DNA of 63,575 nt, counting the filler, from Platydemus manokwari (taxonomy: Eukaryota), in the NCBI GenBank assembly GCA_037951405.1. It is 6 parts of 6 records of this genome, joined end to end, with 100 filler letters (N's around TTAATTAATTAA, not from the genome) between each part and the next. Parts side by side here need not be neighbours in the genome. Positions count along the whole stretch, not along the records: positions 54,322 to 63,575 come from JBBMOY011277095.1; 5 more parts are not named here. One strand, 5' to 3'. Below the pieces are notes generated by a model, which was given only the letters and a program-made list of their open reading frames with translations, ran no database searches and was not told the origin of the DNA. This document shows positions 54,322 through 63,575 of the stretch, piece after piece. Every line of letters starts with the position of its first letter. Position 1 is the first letter of the stretch. A program made the translations under genes and the position numbers.

Positions 54322-57300
54322 CTATGCAAAATGTACTTTAAATAAATAAATATTTTTCAAAAAAAACCGAAATTTTAAGGTTATACACCTAATATATGCG
54401 TTAATATAATTTGAAACAAGACTTGACATTTAGAAAAAATAGTTAAAGTAAATGTTAGAAAATTTATATTATCAGTTATCAACAAAAAAATTTGGTTTTG
54501 TTAAAATAATCAGACACAAAAAGATTTTATTTAACATATTCACACGTTTATTTTAATATGACAACGCTCATTTTATATGACGTAAATAAATTTTCTTATT
54601 AATAGATGTTGTTGCTTAGTCTCGTGGAATTAAACTTTGTTTAAAAATGTTAATCATTTCAAGCATATAACCCGTTTTAATACTAACTTCTAGTTTCGGT
54701 TAACTGAACCTATATATAGTGTAATAAATGTACGGAAATTTTTAGTTAAACTCATCTTTTCATCTTAGAGTATATCAATACCGACTTTTTATGAAATTCC
54801 TTTATAATCTCATTGAAACCTGCTACGATATGGAGTCCATGAAATTATGAAATAAAGAATAATTTATTTTGAATGCCATTCCAGATATCATCAGTCACAT
54901 CTGTTCAAATCTAAGAAAAATCTGATTCGTAAAATATATTTTATTTATTTTCATTCCAATTATAATAAAACCGGTATATAAGAAAATCAATCGAATATTT
55001 ATCGGTTCCAATTTTAATTTTATCGATCTCCCTGTGAATTTGATTTGAAATTACTTATTAATCGTAAGGAAATCATTAACCTGAAACAACCAGTTCTACA
55101 TGATATGTATGTTTGGTATATTTATGATGATGATGTGTGTAGTTCTTCGATAATGTTGGATACATAGATACCCATGTATATATAAGTATAACAACATAAA
55201 GATGATGTAACAAAAAATGACATTATAAAAATTACACAAACAAAAATTTAAAAGTCAAAACTATAAAATTTAATTAGCTAGCAGTGACTAGTTTAGACAA
55301 TTATTTGCGTTGCCGTGGAAATTAGCAACGAAACTATAGAGATTTAAGTTAACATTCAAAAAATCATGGCAACGCTGAAAATCTACGAGGAGACATAACT
55401 ACGAGTATTTGCGCTTAGTCACTCACTCAGTCTTCATTGCACAAAAAGTGAATTCATTTCTGCCATTGTATCAATATCATTCGGTTTTGCATAATCACCA
55501 TTGAAAATTATACAGCATTATTTGGTTCTTGATGACCGTGGTTGGAAATTATATGTTTGCAAACTTTCTGAGTTTAGTACATTATTTTATTTTTATATTT
55601 TCAATTTTGCAATGGTAATCATTTTTACTGTTCATATTTTTAGTTATCTTTCATCAGTCTCCGATAAGAGATTAGTTGGAAGCATTTAAATCAAAATCTC
55701 CACAAAGTCGATATCGAATTTGTAGGAGCCTGAAATAATTCATTCCCATTAGTTTTTATTTGGAATACGGAGCACATAGACCATCCGCTGGTTATAATCC
55801 ATTAAGGGCACGTCGCTTATTCATTTAATATTCATCGCAAACATAAATCGTGTATTTAATTGTCAATAAACTTTTATTGTACTTATTAATTTGATTATTT
55901 ATATCACGAACACCACCTAATTTTCTGTTAGGAGCTAGATTATTGGTGGGAGTACCAATTATCTACTGTCAACGGAATCGAACTAAGTACAGATTTAAAT
56001 CATTGAGTGTAAATTATTGATTTAAATCAAATCCATTCATCATTTAAAATTTCCCTCAATACAAAGTTCATTACGGTGTAATGTATAAAATCAAATTTTT
56101 ATGGCAATCTTGAAGACTAACTGAACAAGTATGTGAAAAACATTTCCATGAAATATGTCGACCTGCAATTGACTACATATATAGAAATGAACTTGCCACA
56201 TCAACGTGGACAATAAAATCCGCATATAAACAGCTTGGAAATCAGATTATTTTTTCATCAATAAATCCGATTCCAAACTGATCTGAAGAGCCTTAATACT
56301 AGTTTAATGAAGTTGCTTGTATAATTTCTTTCTTTCTATCTTTCTCCACGTTTCTGGAGATTTGACGAAATCCGTGTGATAGATAACTCAATTGTCAACA
56401 ATTAAATTACAGTTTTAAGTAAAGATTTTCACCAATCTCATTTTAAAGTCATCTCATTACATCAGACCCAAGAGTAAATTATAAATTATTCTATTATCAT
56501 TATTAATTATAACTTAACTAGAAATTAGTTAATTAATCTTATAAATAAACATATCGAAATCATAATTATCTTTAGTGTCTTTATACATTGAAGTTTGTTA
56601 AAAATAAATTTCAATATATCATTTTTAGTATTTAGTTTGTGATTAACTTTGGAGAGTTATAATAATGTTGTGAATTTATAAGTACAGACATATATATTAA
56701 ATTTTTGTACTTTTAGTGTTGGCTGAGATTAAACGTATTTTATAAAATATTTTAAATTTCATATCAATGTTATGAAAGATGAATATTTGAAAATGATTTG
56801 TCGCTATAAAACTAATTATAATCGAATGTGAATTAAAATGACCACCATATCAAATGCGTGTATTGCGTAATCCATTGCATAACCGATTATCGAATATTAT
56901 GCTCAAGTGAATTCTAATTTCTTTGTGATTTTTAAGTTTATCTTAATGATTTAAAAAGATTTATAAGTTATAAAAATGTTCCATGTGCTATAGAGGTATG
57001 TTAAATGCTTCTTGAATAACTCTGACTCCAAAATTGAAGGCTTTTCCGTACACCTACATGTAATTACACTTAACCAAATATCAACCAAACTTTCTTCCAA
57101 CTGGCAGTTGGCTATCTTTATATTGATTTTTATATTTGCTATATGTGTGTATTTTTTGTGTTGTGTTGTATCATATTTTGATTCGATCTTTGCTTTTCAA
57201 TGTCCCTATTGTGTTTTAAGTTTTGCATGAGTGGCATTGGTCAATCCCTATGTGTGCGTTTTTCCAATTGTCGTTTACCATCTAACTTCACTATGATTGG

Positions 57301-58093
57301 CCAGTTATTATGCCTGTATGATTGTGTAGGAATATATATATATTTAAAGTACTTAAACAATGGTTCCGGGTAAAAATCCGTTTTTCTCAGTCAACAAATA
57401 TATATATATATATATGACAAATTGAATAACAAAGGACCCTTTTTTTAATTTAAGCCAATAAATCCATTTAACCACTATATTGAAACAAAAAATGTCGTAA
57501 TAAATCCTTTATATAATTATTTAAAAATATTTTTTCAATGCCTTGAAATCTACACATATTTCTTTGCTTTAAGTCTTTAATTTTCTTTATTTTTTGCTAT
57601 TAGTTCATCTATTAATCTCTATGTTTTTATATCTAATTCTTTATATATTCATGTCCTCTATCTATTTTATAAATATTCATAATTACTTGCTCAGGCCAAT
57701 CCTTCTGGTGTATCCTTATTGTCAAAATTATATTATTCTATAGTTTCCTGACATTGATTTTCTTAAATTCGATTTCAAAACAGGTTTCACTACGCTAGCT
57801 CCGACTATCTCATTAAATAGAAGTCAACCGAAAAAGTATTTTTAACAACTTTTAAATATTAATATTGTATTTAATTCCTTTTAAAAAAATTATATACAAA
57901 TAAAAATTATTATATTTATGAGATGATGAATAAATTTTTGGCTTATTTTATAGATGAGAAAATAGTTTCTTAGTGGAAACAGGAAACTCATTGGATCTTC
58001 TGTAGTTAATATATTTGATAATTCTCATTGTGAAGATAGAAATGTTTTCGAAAAATCTAAAATGATTTCATTTAATTTTTTCCTTGCCTAATT

Positions 58094-58199
58094 TACCCTG
58101 CACTCAGCTTAATTACCTTTTTAAACATCTAGAAGATAGTAATATTTTATTGTTTATCTTCTAGATGTTTCAAAAGGTATTTAAGCTGAGTGCAGGGTA
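58094..58199. mobile_element. Foldback MITE / near-perfect hairpin (45-bp arms, 43/45 match)
   Basis: TACCCTGCACTCAGCTTAA...TTAAGCTGAGTGCAGGGTA with a 16-nt loop; possible TA TSD. Confidence 0.8.
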
Positions 58200-61100
58200 C
58201 CATAAATTGCCTCTTTAAATTTTTTACTTTACATATTCGATAATTTTTTATTATAGATCTGTGTGTATTATTCTAGCGTGGCTACTATTATATTATATTA
58301 TAATACACCACCTATTAATCAAATATATATCTAATTTTTTATATATTCTTCATGTCCTCTATCTAATGTCTAAATATCTAAATATCTCTTCTTTAATAAT
58401 TATTCATATTTATCACCAAACCCAGACCACAATAAAATTCCATCAAAATTAAACAATACACGAAAAATCATAACATTAAAATTAGGTCCAAGGAGCCGTT
58501 TTCTTATTTTAAGCCCTATTTAATATTTTGTTAAAATTTATAATTTTCGCGTTCAGTTACATTATTTATTTGTATTCAATCTTGTTATCATAATTACCAT
58601 CAACTTTGAACTCCTCATTTACATAAACTAGCCCAGGTGCTCAGTGAAATATCAAGGCTACAAAAATAAGTTTGGAATCAACTATGTGTTTAACTGTACT
58701 CTTTATATATATTGAGAGATAAATTGAGAGATGGTTTGAAAATCTCGAATAAAAATTTGAATGTTATTCTGTTCTGGTAAATATTAATCATAAATAAAAT
58801 GACGATTTTTTAATATTTTCAAATAATAATAATAGTAGTAGATAAATACAATATTTTTTATATCCACAGTTAGGTTCTGACATCTTCCAGACTAATACAC
58901 TCTCATCAGTCAACCAGAACAATGCAACAAACGGAAACGAATTCTATCTGTTGCTTTCAATGTCTATGTATTCCTATCTCAGAACGAAGCCCGTCCCAGG
59001 TGAGAAATTATTTTTGTTCCATCATTACAGTTATTCGATTAAAATCAACTAATGATAGCAATACATTAGGTTGCTTTGCAAAATAGAAGAACAAATTGTA
59101 CCATTTGTCAATATTGGGCAAAAACAAACAAAAACATTGAAATAATTTGTGTATCGATCGAATGTTAATGAAACCTATTGTGTTCCTTTTCCACTGAAAT
59201 ACGACGAATGATACAGCTTCGCAGTTCACTACTTCATTGTCAATCACATTCTACGATGAGAGTTGAAAAATTACAATTCTCAATTCAATCATTCATTTCT
59301 TGGGGAGGAAATATAATTATTCATTGTTCTAATGATATCAATTAAATAAATTATTTTCCACAATCTAATCGATTGCAATACGATAAAGAGAAGATTATAA
59401 ACTGGCACTGGATCACAGTAATATCCAATAATGCATTTAAGCATTATACATCATTCGTGATAATGATACAAAACAAATATTAATAGCGTTTAATAATATG
59501 ATTGGCTATGATATAAGTGATAAGAACTGCTTATGATTAAGCTGAGTTAATAACCATCTCGTTACAAATTAAGATTGCTGTTGCAGCAGTAACAGTATCA
59601 ATTCTACTAGCATCTTTCAAATAGATTTGACGGCATGCTATAGGTAAATTGAAATTAAAATAATATAAGTAAATTTATAATTTCAAACCAATAATTTTAT
59701 AAATCAATAATAGTTACATCTTAATATCAAATTGTAAATAATTGCTCAATCAATTATTTTGGATGAGCCTATAAACATAATGTTTATTGATGTCATATTT
59801 TAATTTTTATATCAAGTATTACGTTCGGGCCTTATTGAATTTATTGTTTAATTAAACTTAATCATATATGATACCACTACTGTCTTAATCAGCCTCTATG
59901 AGCTCTTTATTAAGGCCACAGGTGTAATTTACCATATGTTAATGTTCCTTCACCTCGCACAGCCTTATTGTGTGATGACAATAAGTGTGGCAGTAACGAT
60001 ATATTTTACTTAACCTAACTATCAGTCTCAGATTTTATAAGACTATAACTATTTAAAAATATCATCTATGTTAATGCCAATGAAAATGAATAACAATTTT
60101 ACAATCCCTATATGAATATTAACTAAGATTTATTATTACAGATATTTATTAACAATTAGCATCACTATAAAAACTGGGTAACAATAATAATATAAATTTA
60201 CAATGGATTTTAAAATTACACTATACATCAAATTATACTTATAAAGGGCCTTACAACTTCCAGAAACAAGAACGGTTGACTACCTCCAATTCGAGGAGTA
60301 GAACCTTTCTTTACCTTCAAGACCTTTAAGCAATAACTCTATAATATAAAATACAAGATACGCTATATAATATAGATCAGTATCTTACAGGTGTAAGACT
60401 TACTTTGGATCTTCCAGTAAAATACCGGGCATCACTCGCAGATATTCTTTACGAAAGAATTTATTCAGTGGTGAGAGAAATTCTCTCTGGGTATATTTAT
60501 TAGATAAAGAAAATATCTCTCGATTAAATTGGTCTGTGATAGAATTTCTCTTTCTCGAAAACAGATGACAATTTATTTGTGGCTGTTAATGCGCGATATC
60601 TTATTGTGTATTGATATTTTATAAATTAATTTATTGTTTTAGGGAATTTCGACGAATTTGCTATTGGCAATTTTATTGATATTATTATTTTACGTAAATA
60701 TAAATAAAAATTATTATAAATATCAACATTTCAAACAGGTTTTTGATAAAAAAAAATCCAAGAGTTGTTAAAACATAAAAAATACATGCTGATTAAATAA
60801 AAATTGATACAATCAAAATTAATACACATTTCATACGTATTGCCATGCAAAGGTATACACATAATTTTCCAATGTGAATTAATTGTTGTAAGTAACTTGT
60901 TGTACCAGAATTCCAACACAAGTTAACTTGGAAAAGGTGGTTACTTACTGTGTTGCAATTCACACTAACATAATTACTAAAAGGACTTTATATTTTGAAC
61001 AGAATTTATTTCAGCGCTTTTCAAACACTTTTCGACTGGGACAAGTACGAGAAAGAAAAGGATTAACAAGTAAAAGGAAATTAAACATTCATTGTCTCTT

Positions 61101-61949
61101 AAGCTGTCTTTTCTTCAATAAAATTCGAGCTTGGAAAGAATTTAGGCACAAATATAGTACGTTTCCAACAAATGGATATATTGATAATTAAATTTAAACA
61201 GTATTTGATAAACTGTATTGAATTTTTATTGGAATCAAGATATTTTTAGTGACAAAAAATGTGAGAGAGAATTTACACTATTCTTAGGGAGCATTGTTGT
61301 TTATATGAGAATTTTCTGATAAAACTAACATATGTTTCAATGGGATCATCAATCGGTATGCTCATTTCGAGGCCATCACTAATAATCAGTAATAGACCTC
61401 GAATCCACACCAATTTTATACATGTGAAAATTTATGAAAATTTAAATCTTATGTATGGGAATGTCTGAAAAATATTCAGCAAAATATTTTGTTTTGTTTT
61501 CGAACAAAGCTTATCGTTAGTTATTTCAGTCCATTATTAATATTCACATAGATCCCCAAGAGTATTATTTTTGACGAATGTTGTCTATTGTTTCCGAATT
61601 GTCTGTTGTTACGGTTACAGTCATGTTTCATAAAAAGTATGAAAATTTAACGTACGACTGTATTAGTTTCTTCAATGTGAAACGAAAAAAATTTTGTATT
61701 TCACAAAAGGTACTCAATAATTTTCAATAATGCTTTCTTGTGCTCGTTGCCAAGTAGGTGCTTAAGGTTGAAAAATTTTATGAGGAGATCCAGATAATGA
61801 GAAATCTTATTTTATAGATAAATAGATAAGTAGACAGATAGCTATAAAAGTAAATGAAAAATATGTAAGTGAAATACAAGAGATAAAATAAAATAAGAGA
61901 AGCAGTGGCAAGAACAAAACTATCCAGAGGAGGATGCCAAAACATACAT

Positions 61950-62950
61950 TTATATTCAAGTATTCAACCACAGATCTATCAAATAAGAAAGGTAAGTAAA
62001 AACACTTATAGATACACGGGCTAATGCATTAATGGTCAGTACAAATATACTGAACACAGCAGAGATGAAAATAAAATAGAAGTAGATTTAGGCACATCAA
62101 TAAAAACAGTTCTCCAGTTTATATAACAAATTACGATATAGAAAATAATATCTTAAATGAAGAAGTTTAAGGAACATTGGTGATAGTAAAGGTAATCGCA
62201 ACTATATATACCAACACATCAGAGAGAATTAAAAATTGCCTAGAAGTTAAAATACAACGCGAAAACTTTACATCAGAGCAAAATAAAAATTACAACAAGT
62301 ATTAAATCGATCCACAGACTTTATTAGTAAATATGAATATTATGTAGAATCGACAACAGTAAAAGAATTTAAAATAGTAATGACAGATTACGTCACCAAT
62401 TAAATTACCACCTAGAATACTAAGAATGCAATATAAACTCTAAGAAGAAACAGAAAGATAAATTTAAAATATTAAGGTATTCGGTTAATTATAATAGACA
62501 TATATGGTAGTAGTTAAAAGGAAGATACAGAAATACGACTGTGTAGAATATTGAGAGTAAAATCAAAATACTAAACATGAGTTTCCTTTACCCAATATGT
62601 TGAAAATATTCGATAAATAAAACGAAGCAAATTTTTACACCAAATCAGATTTGGATAAGAAATTAATTACAATTTAAAGGAAGACATAGAGAAAACAGAA
62701 TTTTGTCCAGGTTAAGGATTATATGAAAACGTAAATAATCCGTTTGAATTAACAGTATCGATTGAAACATTTCAGTGTCTTATGACACCATATTGACTTA
62801 TTTGCCAAATGCCATAGTGTATCTTAATGTTACATGCTCACCAAAATGTAGGAACATCTAGTTGATTTAGGAAAACTCTTTTTAGAAACCTAGGATTTAA
62901 AATACAACTCATTACATGTTTCATATTAAGATATTCGAATATCTCATAGC
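61950..62950 (+). mobile_element. Heavily decayed Gypsy protease-RT remnant
   Basis: LIDTRAN (DTGA-like) at ~62005; RT-like fragments EFPLP..., EDIEKTEFCPG.GLYE...PFEL...ETFQCLM at ~62570-62790; many stops. Confidence 0.6.
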
Positions 62951-63505
62951 CATTTACTGTAATGACTGAAATGAGTACTGAAATAACAATAAGAGAAATA
63001 AAAATGGAACAAAATCAAGATATCGTAATAAAAGATTATGTTAAATAGTTAGTCTTTAACCGATTCTAAAAAATAAGTAGCACAAGTGCAAGACATCTAG
63101 TAAAAAGAATTGACATATCTGTAAAAGGAGTTAATTCTCGAGGTAACTGCTTGTCCTCTATAATCATTAATTTCTGTCATTGTTTTTCTCTCCCTGGTGC
63201 TGATTCCTTTTTAAACTGATTATTGACTTTAATCCTCTGCGTATGATTTATTGACGCCTGAGCATTGTTGATTTGATTTAAATACAAATGCGATTTATAA
63301 TTATATTTTTGAATGTTTACTGTTAGCATACATCTAAAAATGGCATTTTTACAATTTATTAAACTCTTTACAATCCATTTTGTTGGGGATCTGTGACAAC
63401 ACGTTAAAAATTAACAATAAACCATTGACAAAATCTTGTATTCGAATACTCTGTTGTAATCTATGAACAATATTGTATTATCTGCCTGTTAAAAGTAGTA
63501 ATTTA

Positions 63506-63575
63506 TTAGGTTGGTGCAAAAATAATGGCCGTTATCTAACAGCAACTTTAAAAGACTATAACTCGCTTAAAAAAT
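63506..63575 (+). mobile_element. Left end of a cecropia-subfamily mariner (Hsmar1-like TIR)
   Basis: TA followed by TTAGGTTGGTGCAAAAATAATGGCCGTT, closely resembling the Hsmar1 TIR TTAGGTTGGTGCAAAAGTAATTGCGGTT. Runs off the window. Confidence 0.8.

Noticed and set aside
55630-55680. Minus-strand tctc[ttatcg]gaga-CTGATGA
   Set aside because: No stem II, no GAAA and no cleavage triplet.
58870-58920. Minus-strand CTGATGA...GAA hairpin
   Set aside because: Stem II does not abut GAA and stems I/III cannot be formed; not a hammerhead.

Overview
AT-rich eukaryotic DNA with ~40-60 nt introns, most consistent with a freshwater planarian (inference from intron size, base composition, the divergent Otx and the TE families). 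Five artificial 100-bp spacers (44 N + TTAATTAATTAA + 44 N) split it into six segments, so adjacency across spacers should not be trusted. Host genes: ICT1/MRPL58 (GGQ peptidyl-tRNA hydrolase) head-to-head with FAM136A (needs a GC-AG intron), a catalytic-domain-only ubiquitin-specific protease, an intronless myotubularin with a Cys-rich C-terminus, an 85-aa orphan ORF and a 4-coding-exon Otx homeobox gene. The rest is mostly TE debris: a Maverick/Polinton remnant, two NeSL/R2-type non-LTR remnants, Gypsy elements and LTRs, hAT, piggyBac and foldback MITEs, and a mariner end. Two things stand out. (1) A pair of covarying type III hammerhead ribozymes (17762-17942) whose stem III arms pair better crosswise, predicting a 123-nt excised circle plus rejoined flanks that each form a better-paired hammerhead. 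(2) A Gypsy element whose pol is followed by an env-like segment, a REX4/PAN2-type DEDDh exonuclease fold and an acidic PAIP2-like tail with a canonical PAM2 (PABP-binding) motif.
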